A DNA stretch of 64,000 nt from a virus: IMG/VR virus record IMGVR_UViG_3300045988_094674, positions 59,788-123,787 of that record; one strand, written 5' to 3'. Below the pieces are notes generated by a model that was not told where the DNA came from, searched no databases, and worked only from the letters and a program-made list of their open reading frames with translations. A program made the translations under genes and the position numbers. Of this stretch, positions 8,069-17,615 are shown in pieces. The first letter of the stretch is position 1; each line of letters starts with the position of its first letter.

Positions 8069-9214
8069 ATGAGAGAGAAAGTTGTGCAGAACATCTATTA
8101 CGACCGAGAAAAGAAAACCTATATTGTCTACTTCAACTACGGCAAAGATCCTTCTGGTAAGTATATTCGTAAGACTAAAACCTATAAGGACATCCGCACA
8201 GCAAAGCGTGAATTGAAGAATTTTGAGGCAGAAAAGGTCAACCAAGAGCTTGTCGATCCTTCTGACATCGCATTCAAGGAGTACGCAGAACAATGGCTCA
8301 AGTATAAGACGTCAAGCTGCGAGGCCACCACAATATATGGCTACACCCAGTTTTTAAATAAACACATCTATCCATTCATGGGCGATATGCCACTCCAAAG
8401 CATCACGTCTGACACAATCAACGATTATATTTATTTCAAAACTCACTGCGACAAGAAAGACAATCCACTCAGCTTGAACTCGATTCGCAAACACTATGAC
8501 CTGTTAAAACAGCTTTTTGATCGAGCGGTCGATTCAGACAGAATAAAAAAGAACCCTGTAAACAATGTTGCACCACCCAAGAAGACAGACGCTGAAATAT
8601 CTGTGTATACCGCAGAACAGTTGCAGATGCTATTTTCGATTATAAGCGGTACAAGAATGGAACCCATTGTAAAACTTGCAGGATACCTCGGCCTTCGTAG
8701 AGAGGAAATATGTGGACTAAAATGGGAATCAGTGAATTTTGAAAAGAACGTAATCTATATCAATAACGCAAGAACGTTTGCCGGTACTACTGTAGAGAAG
8801 GGAACAAAAAGTAAACGCAGCACTCGTGTTCTGGCAATGCCGCAGGATTTGGCAAAAACTCTAAAAGAGATCAAAGCAGAGCATGACGACTACAAAGCAA
8901 AACTTCAAGCTGACCATGGATTTGAGTATGTGATAAGCATGGAAAACGGGATGCCTATGCGCCCAAACTACGTCAGCGATTGCTTTAAGAAAACGATTGA
9001 TGATGCACATCTGCCACACATAACCCTTCATGGTATTCGTCATAGTTTCGCTTCTGTTGCAAACGAACTTGGGATTCCTCTTTATGAAATATCCACATCC
9101 CTTGGTCATTCCAATACAACTATCACAGAGCAGATTTATGTAAAGCTGTTTGATGCAAAGCATACGGACACTATAAACACAGTTGCTGATGCGCTCGCCA
9201 CAAAAGATAAATAA
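8069..9214 (+). CDS. int: tyrosine integrase
   Basis: ATG at 8069 preceded by AAAGGAG. C-terminal catalytic region has LRREE, HGIRHSFAS and LGHSNTTITEQIYVK (R..H-x-x-R..Y). Adjacent to the attP-like region. Confidence 0.85.
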   Translation: MREKVVQNIYYDREKKTYIVYFNYGKDPSGKYIRKTKTYKDIRTAKRELKNFEAEKVNQELVDPSDIAFKEYAEQWLKYKTSSCEATTIYGYTQFLNKHIYPFMGDMPLQSITSDTINDYIYFKTHCDKKDNPLSLNSIRKHYDLLKQLFDRAVDSDRIKKNPVNNVAPPKKTDAEISVYTAEQLQMLFSIISGTRMEPIVKLAGYLGLRREEICGLKWESVNFEKNVIYINNARTFAGTTVEKGTKSKRSTRVLAMPQDLAKTLKEIKAEHDDYKAKLQADHGFEYVISMENGMPMRPNYVSDCFKKTIDDAHLPHITLHGIRHSFASVANELGIPLYEISTSLGHSNTTITEQIYVKLFDAKHTDTINTVADALATKDK

Positions 9215-9252
9215 TCTAATTAAGGTGCATGAACACTCTCCGACGCCTTTTA

Positions 9253-9281
9253 TTGAATCGCAACAGAATAAGTGGCATAAT
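9253..9281 (+). promoter_or_regulatory. sigma-A/sigma-70-like promoter candidate
   Basis: TTGAAT (9253-9258), a 17-nt spacer, then CATAAT (9276-9281), about 30 nt upstream of the 9311 start. Confidence 0.4.
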
Positions 9282-9310
9282 ATAAAAAACCGACTTGGAG
9301 GTTTCGCACA

Positions 9311-9745
9311 ATGACTGAATTTGAAGTTGAACGTATCAAGCAAGCGCTCGCAGTTTTAAAAGAACAAAAACTTAAAACATATGAAGATCAGGTCGGTAGA
9401 TGTGATAACCCCAAACAATTGGCTAGAGAAGTCAAAAAGTATACCAGTGCTATAAATGATGTTGAGGCACTGCTTAAAAATTATGGTCTTCTTACGGCGG
9501 GCGTATCGCAAACAGCAGAGCAGTTAAATAGCCCTGAAAAAGAGCACATGTATCGCTTTGGTGTTAAATACAAAGCATATGCACCAGAAGAATATGCTGA
9601 TTGGGCTTATAACGAAGTCCGCACCCAAATCGGTTGTACGGAAAATGAAGCAAAAGAATATTTAGAATCACATTTGCAGTTTGAATATTGCAACGATAAA
9701 ACCTTCCGTGACTTACAAATCGAATTGATTGATCAATTTTATTGA
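9311..9745 (+). CDS. hypothetical protein
   Basis: Track ORF with GGAGG upstream. First gene after int. Confidence 0.5.
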   Translation: MTEFEVERIKQALAVLKEQKLKTYEDQVGRCDNPKQLAREVKKYTSAINDVEALLKNYGLLTAGVSQTAEQLNSPEKEHMYRFGVKYKAYAPEEYADWAYNEVRTQIGCTENEAKEYLESHLQFEYCNDKTFRDLQIELIDQFY

Positions 9746-9752
9746 GGCTATC

Positions 9753-10790
9753 ATGAAGAAAGAAATGTATCTGCCACTTGAGATGTTAAAGAAAATTACA
9801 GAACAATATCCAAAAGCATGGGAGCAAATGGCAATGTTTCATAGTGAAAATGGGTCACCAGAACTTGGATCATGGCCTGAATGGTGCTATACTCCAATGA
9901 GCGCTGCGTTGGCAGTAGCATCCAAAGGGTATGATTTAAACAAGCTTCCTATTGATATAAGAATGGGAATAACATCCGTGGCTCAGGCAATATTTGCATT
10001 AGCTCCGTGGCGATTAAATAAAGAGGTCTATGTCGTCGATGAAGATTTAAAGAATCTTTTATTTGAGCAAGACGGAGAACTCGATGTCCCTGACGAAATA
10101 TTATTACAGCTTCCATATCCGTGTTTTTATGTAGAACTGCCAAACACATACTATAGGGCAGATAAGATTCATGGATTCTTTGTGACGCTGGAATATGACA
10201 TTATTAACGGTGACAAAGAGTTAAAACCTGTTTTTCTTACGGAAGATGGAAGCGTATTCAGCTATTCCATTCATATTGGAGCAAAAACAATAGAGGAAAG
10301 TGTGGATATGCTCGATAAACAGGCTCTTGAAAATACGAACGGAAATAAAGAACTAAAACGTTTGGCGCTAAGAGCGATACAGGATTCAGCAGAAACAAAA
10401 ATATTCTTAAAACGAATCCTCCAAGTGATATTATATATTCTTGCACAAAACGCAGAAATTACGCAAAATTTTGAGCAGTCATTTATCACAAAAAGAGGAA
10501 AAACAATCAAGGATAAATATTCAGAAATACGCAAGTGGGATGTTGGTATTCGTGTTGGGGCTGCAATAAGGCAGCAGAAAATGCGCGAGCAGTCTGAACA
10601 ACCAGAACGAAATCAAAATGGGCATAATTCTCCAAGACCTCATATGCGTCGTGGTCATTGGCATCATTTCTGGACCGGACCAAAGACACAACCTGAAGAA
10701 CGCAAACTTATTTTAAAATGGCTATCACCTATGACGGTTGCAACAAACACGGATGATACGCCTGTTGTAATTCATAAGGTGGGACTATGA
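9753..10790 (+). CDS. hypothetical protein with C-terminal His/Arg/Trp-rich motif
   Basis: Internal ATG of track ORF 9729-10790. C-terminal motif SPRPHMRRGHWHHFWTGP. No family named with confidence. Confidence 0.5.
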   Translation: MKKEMYLPLEMLKKITEQYPKAWEQMAMFHSENGSPELGSWPEWCYTPMSAALAVASKGYDLNKLPIDIRMGITSVAQAIFALAPWRLNKEVYVVDEDLKNLLFEQDGELDVPDEILLQLPYPCFYVELPNTYYRADKIHGFFVTLEYDIINGDKELKPVFLTEDGSVFSYSIHIGAKTIEESVDMLDKQALENTNGNKELKRLALRAIQDSAETKIFLKRILQVILYILAQNAEITQNFEQSFITKRGKTIKDKYSEIRKWDVGIRVGAAIRQQKMREQSEQPERNQNGHNSPRPHMRRGHWHHFWTGPKTQPEERKLILKWLSPMTVATNTDDTPVVIHKVGL

Positions 10791-11002
10791 ATAATCCAGC
10801 AATCCTTGATATCGCTCTCGGCTTCGTTCTGCACAAACATAGCCGAGATGAATTCGGTCGTAAAAATAATAAAGCACAGGCTATCCGTGAGATGTCAGAT
10901 AATGAACTGGCCGCGTTCTTAAATGAGCTTGTCGCACAGCAAGATAATTGCCCGCAAACAATCGACGGCTGGAAAGAATGGCTGACAGAGGAAATAAAAT
11001 GA
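10787..11002 (+). CDS. hypothetical protein
   Basis: Track ORF. ATGA overlaps on both sides. Confidence 0.45.
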   Translation: MNNPAILDIALGFVLHKHSRDEFGRKNNKAQAIREMSDNELAAFLNELVAQQDNCPQTIDGWKEWLTEEIK

Positions 11003-11157
11003 ATAAAATAGAAGTAATTTGTTGTAAGGACTGCGATCTTTGGAACGCATGGGATAAACATGGAAATCTATGTAGTTGTACCCACTTTACACAAGATGAT
11101 GCAGCGCCTGTATATACTAAACCTGACGATTTCTGTAGTTACGCAGAAAAGAAGTAA
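10999..11157 (+). CDS. small Cys-rich hypothetical protein
   Basis: ATG at 10999 overlaps the upstream TGA. Sequence MNKIEVICCKDCDLWNAW...C.C. Confidence 0.45.
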   Translation: MNKIEVICCKDCDLWNAWDKHGNLCSCTHFTQDDAAPVYTKPDDFCSYAEKK

Positions 11158-11162
11158 ATGCT

Positions 11163-11210
11163 AAAAAATGGGGTACTGGTCCAATTAAGGATCAATACCC
11201 CATCTGTTTT
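11163..11210. terminator. bidirectional terminator between convergent operons
   Basis: ATGGGGTA (11168-11175) pairs with TACCCCAT (11196-11203). Flanked by an A-run and a T-run. Confidence 0.5.
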
Positions 11211-11446
11211 TATACTAGTTCAATATCACTTGGCTCTACGTAGCCCGATACATTCACTGAGATTGGATACTTGCCAATGCGACTTTCAAGATTTGTCACT
11301 CGATAGCGACCATTGACTAGTTTTCCATCATAGATAAACCATTCTCCCCGGCGGCGCATACCGCAATGAGTCTGGCTGTTTGAAAATAATACTCCGTCTA
11401 ATTTAATTTTGTCTCCTGCGCACAATGTATTCTTGTTATCTGCCAT
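11210..11446 (-). CDS. hypothetical protein at the end of the lysis cassette
   Basis: Internal ATG (MADNKNTLCAGDKIKLDG...) of track ORF 11210-11476. TAATG overlap with the endolysin stop. Confidence 0.4.
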   Translation of the reverse strand: MADNKNTLCAGDKIKLDGVLFSNSQTHCGMRRRGEWFIYDGKLVNGRYRVTNLESRIGKYPISVNVSGYVEPSDIELV

Positions 11447-12093
11447 TAAAACGAATTCCAAGTTGCTGGCCCACAAATACCGTCAGCCGACAATCCATGT
11501 GCTTTCTGCCATTCCACTAACTTAGCTTTTGTGCCAGCGCCAAAGATACCATCCACTTTCAAGCCAAGATGTCGCTGCAACACAGTGACAGCATAAGACG
11601 TGCCACTAGTGCAGTCCTTAGAACCCTGACGAATTGTAGGCATGATTTTACTCACGACATGATAAGCAGTACCGCTCTTACTAATCCAACGGCTTGAAGC
11701 CTCACGCACATCGACGTGAACGAAACCGCCTGTCACTTGTGCACGACTATAATAGCCAATACCGCCGTGCTTCTGAAAGTAGGGGAGGGAAGCCACATAC
11801 AGTGCAATACGGATTGGATCGATACCAGCGATGTGAATATCTGCCGCTGTACCCAGACAATGCTGGCTGCGAGAACTGCCACCGATTGAAATATTGTACG
11901 CAGGAGTACGGTAGGCAGAACTAATCAGAACTGGTTTGCCAAAGTGATCACGAATCTGTTGTAGAGTCTCTACCAGCTCGGTTGCCACCTTGAATTCATC
12001 ACTCTTATCATTGCAAGCAAATTCATAAGCGCAGAAATTCTTAGACAATTTTTTATTCCAGTCCTTTTTCATGGAATATGTAATAATACCCAT
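11446..12093 (-). CDS. endolysin: peptidase M15 (D-Ala-D-Ala carboxypeptidase-like) plus peptidoglycan-binding domain
   Basis: SAYRTPAYN..GGSSRSQHCLGTAADI and HVD zinc-peptidase motifs. C-terminal LQRHLGLKVDGIFGAGTKAKLVEWQKAHGLSADGICGPATW looks like a PG_binding_1 repeat. Confidence 0.85.
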   Translation of the reverse strand: MGIITYSMKKDWNKKLSKNFCAYEFACNDKSDEFKVATELVETLQQIRDHFGKPVLISSAYRTPAYNISIGGSSRSQHCLGTAADIHIAGIDPIRIALYVASLPYFQKHGGIGYYSRAQVTGGFVHVDVREASSRWISKSGTAYHVVSKIMPTIRQGSKDCTSGTSYAVTVLQRHLGLKVDGIFGAGTKAKLVEWQKAHGLSADGICGPATWNSF

Positions 12094-12105
12094 GGAAACA
12101 CACCT

Positions 12106-12426
12106 TCAATCCTTCTTGAGTTCGGTTTCAATTTTTTCGTTCTGAATATCCAGTTCCTTAACAGCAGCTTCAATCATCATCTCAATAACAGGAGTAACCT
12201 TTACACCCATCTTCTCCAGAATAGTAATAACGTACTTCTTTTTATCGGCTTTCTTGATCGCTCCGGTAAGACCAAGCTTTTCAGCTGCACGGACAGCCAT
12301 CTGGACAATCTTGTACATACCAATCTGCTTCAGGTAAGGAATCCCATAGGCGATAAAGGCAGTGCCTGCACCAGTGATAACCAGCTTGACAACAACAGAA
12401 ATAATCTGATTCATATAATCCATCAT
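12106..12426 (-). CDS. holin (LL-H-type)
   Basis: 106 aa with an N-terminal TM helix, then GIPYLKQ...AVRAAEK...KKKYVITILEK, as in Holin_LLH proteins. Lies directly upstream of the endolysin. Confidence 0.7.
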   Translation of the reverse strand: MMDYMNQIISVVVKLVITGAGTAFIAYGIPYLKQIGMYKIVQMAVRAAEKLGLTGAIKKADKKKYVITILEKMGVKVTPVIEMMIEAAVKELDIQNEKIETELKKD

Positions 12427-12494
12427 AATAAACCTCCTGATAAAAATAAAAGACCTACTAAAAAATCAATAGGTCATAGTTGATATATTAAATT

Positions 12495-12995
12495 TTATCC
12501 ATTCTTTGGGTTGTTTTGACCGTCGATTAAATAGTTCTCAAGGGCAGCTTTTGCTTCCTTCATTGGCTCGATAGCATTTCCATCAATACCATGACTGAGC
12601 AGGGCAAGAAGAGCCTTCATAGTTACATTGCTTCCGTGTTCACTTTTATTGATGCGTTGCTCCGCCTCGACAATTTTGTGTTCGTGAACTTCAATCGTAA
12701 TGGCATTTTCTTTCTGACGCTCTTCTAACTGAACAATCTTTGACTGAAAAAGGTCAAATCGATCTTTGTCAGCGGCAAGTTTCTTATCAATCGAATCGAA
12801 CTTCTTGTCATGTTCTTCCAAATGTTCGTTCTGTTTGTTGTCTGGCTCCTTGATTTTACTGACAAATTTCATGATGACGGCGATAGCAGCCGAGATAGCA
12901 GTAATACCGCCACAGATGCTTAAAATCATGGTCTACAGTTGATGCATGGTAAAGGTGTATACGTGTGGTGCGGCATTCAATAGGACTGTACTCAT
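12495..12995 (-). CDS. membrane-anchored coiled-coil protein of the lysis cassette, with one in-frame TAG
   Basis: GGAGGTG plus ATG at 12995. TAG at 12933-12935 is in frame with track ORF 12495-12929, whose own ATG has no SD. TM helix ILSICGGITAISAAIAVIM followed by a charged coiled coil. Confidence 0.5.
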
Positions 12996-13132
12996 ACTGT
13001 TGCGTCACCTCCGTTCTTAGCCTTCAGTGTCTCGTTGATGGCGGTAAGCTGGTTTGCAGCCGCATTCGGTGCCACGACAATCTCTTTCCCGGTCTCATCG
13101 AGGATAAAGGGCTTTAGTATTTCTTGTGCCAT
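12992..13132 (-). CDS. small hypothetical protein (46 aa)
   Basis: GGAGGAATGT precedes the ATG at 13132. Its TGA forms an ATGA overlap with the start at 12995. Confidence 0.35.
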   Translation of the reverse strand: MAQEILKPFILDETGKEIVVAPNAAANQLTAINETLKAKNGGDATV

Positions 13133-13267
13133 ACATTCCTCCTTTTTATTGACAAAATTCTATCAACGTGATATGGTTAAGTTAAACATTCAATGTCGAG
13201 CGTGCATTACCTCATTTATACGGGAAGAGTCTCTGTGCCCACAGCGGGTAATAGAGGCTCTTCCCTT

Positions 13268-13708
13268 TTATTTACATATGGTTCTCCAGTGATAGTGCGG
13301 TTTATCCTCGTGGAATAACAAGTGTCGCAGCCAATCGTCAACATAGATGCACAACAACGAAAGAAAGAACCATAGCACTGTAAACGGTAGACAGATTTGA
13401 CCTAGCAAATTGAAGGGTAGGGAAGAGTAGTCCCAGATATGTAACCCCAGCATCAGATTCAGCGGGATGCCCACGACAAGTTCCATTGCAGTCACAAATA
13501 ACGCACCGACAAGACCCTGTTCCCACATCGGCATCTCCCATGGAATATAATTGTTCAGACCGCCGATCACAACAAAGCAGATGCCACCCACTACAGCCAT
13601 AGTCCAGTGTGAATAACCACGCCACAATATTTCAATGCAATAATAAAGCGCCCCTCCTATCAAAAAGAGAAGGATGCACTTTAGATATTCTTTAACTTTA
13701 CTCTTCAT
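13268..13708 (-). CDS. multi-pass membrane protein
   Basis: Track ORF of 146 aa with about four hydrophobic helices (YCIEILWRGYSHWTM...). Possibly lysis or membrane associated. Confidence 0.5.
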   Translation of the reverse strand: MKSKVKEYLKCILLFLIGGALYYCIEILWRGYSHWTMAVVGGICFVVIGGLNNYIPWEMPMWEQGLVGALFVTAMELVVGIPLNLMLGLHIWDYSSLPFNLLGQICLPFTVLWFFLSLLCIYVDDWLRHLLFHEDKPHYHWRTICK

Positions 13709-14238
13709 GATCTGACTACCTGAGCAACGCTGTCGTACTCGATTTTAATAGCATTAAGCTGTTCTAAAGTGTTACATTCCTTAATGCTCAATTCCAACTC
13801 CTGTTGATGAGAAACAAATGGTTTAACATATACACCAATTTCTAGAGCTAACGCAGCTAAATTTTCATACGTCTACTCTACACATTCGGCACCAGTGCTA
13901 TTCCATGTTAGCTTAAACGGCTGTGCGGTGGCTACAGAAATTTGATATAGAGCAAGATTTGAAGTCAACAAGGATTGCTTCTCACTTGTAACAGAATAAT
14001 ATTTACCATCTGTCCATTGTAATGGATGATTTTCAAGATATGTAGCTAGAATAGTTTTACTTTCTGAAACCTTTTTTTCTTTCTGAATCTTTAATGTATT
14101 TTCAGGATTGTTTTCAGTGAGTTCTGTGTATTCTTCTTTTGTTAATTTCCCTGCTAAATAAAAAGTATCTAATTTTGCAGTAAAATTATTTGTTTTTCCG
14201 GAAGCGATTACTTTTTTACATAGTTCATAAATGCTCAT
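13705..14238 (-). CDS. hypothetical protein with one in-frame TAG
   Basis: Track ORF 13873-14238 ends in TAG at 13873-13875. The frame stays open for 55 more codons to a TGA at 13705-13707, which forms an ATGA overlap with the next start. Confidence 0.5.
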
Positions 14239-14265
14239 AATAAATTACACTCTCCTCCTTTCTCT

Positions 14266-14448
14266 TTATTTAGCAGTTTCATCATCTGTCACGCCCAGCT
14301 CAAGAAGAGTCAGACGGTAGTCCTGATCAAGGTTCAAAGCGTCCGCGTCCGCCAGAGCGGATTTCAGTGCTACTACCATTTCTGGCAACCTTTCTCTTAT
14401 TTCCTTCTCCTGCCGGGTGGCCAGATTATCCTTTTTCCACTGAATCAT
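14266..14448 (-). CDS. hypothetical protein
   Basis: Track ORF with AGGAGG upstream. Confidence 0.45.
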   Translation of the reverse strand: MIQWKKDNLATRQEKEIRERLPEMVVALKSALADADALNLDQDYRLTLLELGVTDDETAK

Positions 14449-14462
14449 AGTGACTGTCCTCC

Positions 14463-15722
14463 TTACTGGAATGCGCCGGAGACGGCTTTGATGTAGCCGC
14501 CGGTGCCGGATGCACTGCGGCTGGCGCTGATGCGGAAATTGAATGCTGAACCGTTGGCAACAGTCTTGTTGGTGAACACGATGTTCATGCCTTTCTTCAC
14601 CTCAGTGGTAGCATCCTGCCAGGCTGGGGACGGGTCGTTGGCGTTGTTCGTGACCTCCGCCTTAAACACAGCATCATCGGGAATGCTACCCGTCACCTGA
14701 AGGACGGCAACGGTAATGTCACCATCCACTGCCAGCGGGGTGGTCAGGGTCACACTTGCGGCGTGGACGGCCTTGGTGAAGGTTGCGGACGCGCTGGTGG
14801 TTCCCTTGCCGTCGCTCACCTCAACCGTCATGGTGTGGTTGCCGTTCAGGATGCGCTGGAATCCGGCAGCATCGGCGACCTGCTCAAAGGTCAGGACCGT
14901 GCCGCTGGCAACACCGGCGCGAGTTTTAGTGGTCTTGCCGTCCAGCTTTTCGGTGACAGTCAGCGTGTCGCCGTCGGCATCGGTAACGGTATACTTCCAT
15001 GCAAAGACCGTGTTCTTCTCGCCAAGAGCTGCGCCGTCCGTGCTGACGGTAGGTGCAGTGTTGACACCGACCGTGCCGTCGTCAGAGACCGCGAGTGAAG
15101 AGGGCAGTACAAAAGCGGGGCGAACACCATAGGAGTAGCCGTACCAGTAGTTGCCGGTCTAGCCATTGATGTCAACGCCAAAGATGTTGGTGCCACTGCT
15201 GACGTCCGGAGAGCGCAGCCACCAAATGGCAGCGCTGCCGCCGTTGTAGGCGACACGCTTGTTGATGCCGTCAGAGCTGTTGTCGAAGTACGCCAGCCGA
15301 ACACCCTCCTCGGGGAAATAGCTGTCGTCTCTGGTCGTAAAGCCAACCTCATAACCAGACAGCAGGAATACTTTCGTGCTCATGCCATTGGAGCCGGTGG
15401 CAAGGCTTCCGCCGCTGCCAACGCCGTTCTGGTACGGAATCTTGACCTATTTGATGACGTTGCGAATGTCCGTATCAATCAGGTTGTAGAATGTTCCGTT
15501 CAGGTATGTATCGATGCTGGAACCCTTGTAGGAGTTATTGTTGCTGAACACAGACGTTGTGTAGATGTCCTTCATCAGCAGCTACGTCCCGGCACAACTC
15601 GAATCATAGGTGCTGGTATTCGGATTACCCTGCTGCACAACAATAAAATCTTTGGACGCGCCGTTGACCTTGATTTTAACGGTGCTGCCAACAGCCTTCA
15701 TGCCGAGATTTACATTTGCCAT
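14463..15722 (-). CDS. GC-rich tail fibre/receptor-binding candidate (WWLRSP...GVRPAFVL type domain) with three in-frame TAGs
   Basis: AGGAGGTG plus ATG at 15722. A single frame runs to TAA at 14463, interrupted only by TAG at 15582, 15447 and 15159. Motifs IWWLRSP and YGVRPAFVL (DUF6273-like). C-terminal Ig-like repeats. Confidence 0.6.
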
Positions 15723-15740
15723 AAAAATTCACCTCCTTAC

Positions 15741-17615
15741 TCAAAATTCAATCCTTGCCTGTTCGGCGTTCCAAACGCCGGCAACGGTCAGGCCGTCCAG
15801 ACTGCTGAATGTGGCGCTGAACGGATTCTTGGTCACGTTCGTGCCGAATTTGAGATCAATTGATTTTATAAGATTTTTAATTTCATCATACTTTGTATCA
15901 ACAAGATCTTTAAGAACCTTGCCTTGTGCGGCACTCAAACTTTGATCTGTGTCTGTACTCGTTAAATTGTTTTGAATTCCACGCCAAGTATCGGTAAACT
16001 TTGCATCACTTGGTACGCTTTTCTCTAATGTGTAAGTACATGCAACAGGTTTACCACCAGAAAAATAAACTGGCTGAGATGCTGAACCAGCAGTTGCTGT
16101 ATCAAGCTTAACAGCACTTATAGCGGAACCACCTACACTTGAAGATCCAGCGTAATTATGGGTATGATTGATAGGACTTTTTCCTGCCAGCGCATCACCG
16201 GTCGCTTTTGCATCGGCAGGCGCACCAGAAATAGACAAAGTAGAATCTACAGCAATAGCGTTTTTTACTTTATCCGAATATTTTTTTGCATTTGCTTCAG
16301 ATGCGGCCGCTGCCACAGCACTACTTTCTGCGTCATTTTTATTCATTTCGGACTCTTTTGCATAATTTGCTGCAGATTTGGCACTCTCGCTTGCCGCATT
16401 TTTATTCTTTTCAGTAACTAAAATCGAATCAGCTGCTTTTGTTGCACTTTCGCTTGCACTATTTGCAGATGCTAAAGCCGCTTCTTCACTAGCCTTTGAT
16501 GCAGTTTCACTTGCTTTCGCATTAACTTCAGACGTGGACGCTGCTAGTTTAGATGTTTCAGCTGCTTTTTCTGATGCCTGAGCGTTAGATGCACTTTTGC
16601 TGGCAGCCGTCTCACTTGCAGCGGAAGCAACTTCACTCGACTTTGCATTAGCTTCAGATTGTTTCGATGCGAGTTCACTGTTCTTGGAATTTGTTTCTGA
16701 TTCTTTTGAATTTAGTTCTGATTTCTTTGCGTTATTTTCAGACGCGAGAGCCTTATCTTCAGAAATTTTCGCTTTGTTCTCACTATCCTCTGCGGCTAGT
16801 TCACTCTGTTTCGCAGCGTCTTTACTGTCGCTGGCTTCATGTGCAGAGGTTGCAGCACCTGTTTCAGATTGAGAAGCTGCTAACTCTGATTCTTTTGAAG
16901 CCAGCGCACTAGCTTTGGATGCGTCTTCACTATTTTTTGCCTTAACCGCACTTGTTTCGGCAGCATCGGCATATCCTTTAGATAAGTCACGATTTATTTC
17001 TGTCTTTGAGATACTTTCTTTTGCTCGTTGTTCAATCTCTGCAAACCGGGCTGTCAAAATCTCCAAGTCAGACGGATCAACTTTTACTCCAGTTCCAGTT
17101 ACGTTAATAGTCTCTTTAATTGGTAGGGAAGAGGGAAGTGTGTTAAAATTGTATGAAAACTCTTTTTTCCCGCTTTCGTTTGTTTCCAGACTATAAAAAC
17201 GAATAGAGAACTTCACGATTCCATTGTGTGCAGTAACATCGTTTAGAATAGTCCATCCAAATAAAATCTTACCGGGAACAGTATCGATATCAATTTTAGT
17301 AATTGGATAAAAACCGTCAGAGAGAACAGTTTCATATGCACCTTCATCACTGACCGATTCAAACTGAACTACGCACATTTCTGTGCTTAAATCATGCTGG
17401 TCAAAATATCTGTCGATCTCGAAATAAATAGTTTCCGCTGCATGATCATTTTCAACACCAAGGAATGTAAATTCATCAGGAACAGAAATTGTACGACTGT
17501 CAGCATCAATGATAAAACGTGGCTCATCAGAGGGCAACATAACGAGTTCTTTTAATTGAGATTGATTTTGAATATCATCAAGTCGTTGTAGATATTCTTC
17601 TTTTGATGTGATCAA
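15741..17615 (-). CDS. tail fibre protein
   Basis: 624 aa with a TTG start abutting the upstream stop. N-terminal domain is paralogous to 17616-18389. Long Ser/Ala/Glu/Lys quasi-repeat rod. HTHNYAGSS motif near the C-terminus. Confidence 0.6.
   Translation of the reverse strand: MITSKEEYLQRLDDIQNQSQLKELVMLPSDEPRFIIDADSRTISVPDEFTFLGVENDHAAETIYFEIDRYFDQHDLSTEMCVVQFESVSDEGAYETVLSDGFYPITKIDIDTVPGKILFGWTILNDVTAHNGIVKFSIRFYSLETNESGKKEFSYNFNTLPSSLPIKETINVTGTGVKVDPSDLEILTARFAEIEQRAKESISKTEINRDLSKGYADAAETSAVKAKNSEDASKASALASKESELAASQSETGAATSAHEASDSKDAAKQSELAAEDSENKAKISEDKALASENNAKKSELNSKESETNSKNSELASKQSEANAKSSEVASAASETAASKSASNAQASEKAAETSKLAASTSEVNAKASETASKASEEAALASANSASESATKAADSILVTEKNKNAASESAKSAANYAKESEMNKNDAESSAVAAAASEANAKKYSDKVKNAIAVDSTLSISGAPADAKATGDALAGKSPINHTHNYAGSSSVGGSAISAVKLDTATAGSASQPVYFSGGKPVACTYTLEKSVPSDAKFTDTWRGIQNNLTSTDTDQSLSAAQGKVLKDLVDTKYDEIKNLIKSIDLKFGTNVTKNPFSATFSSLDGLTVAGVWNAEQARIEF

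Noticed and set aside
14716-15132. Ala/Pro/Ser/Val-rich plus-strand ORFs (also 14763-15098, 26228-26632 and 16168-16872).
   Set aside because: They are opposite-strand translations of GC-rich or repeat-rich coding sequence (the fibre gene, the TMP Gly/Ala region and the fibre rod). They have no start context.
14463-15722. The fibre gene fragmented into three or four ORFs looked like a decayed pseudogene.
   Set aside because: All three interruptions are TAG. All fragments are in one frame with one SD and start. The same pattern recurs in essential genes (TerL, TMP, Tal), and a tRNA(CUA) is present. Recoding explains this better than decay.
16150-17000. The Ser/Ala/Glu repeat tract considered as a CRISPR-like array or as a DGR variable/template repeat.
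   Set aside because: The repeats are imperfect, in frame and inside one ORF. There are no spacers, no second template copy and no reverse transcriptase in the window.
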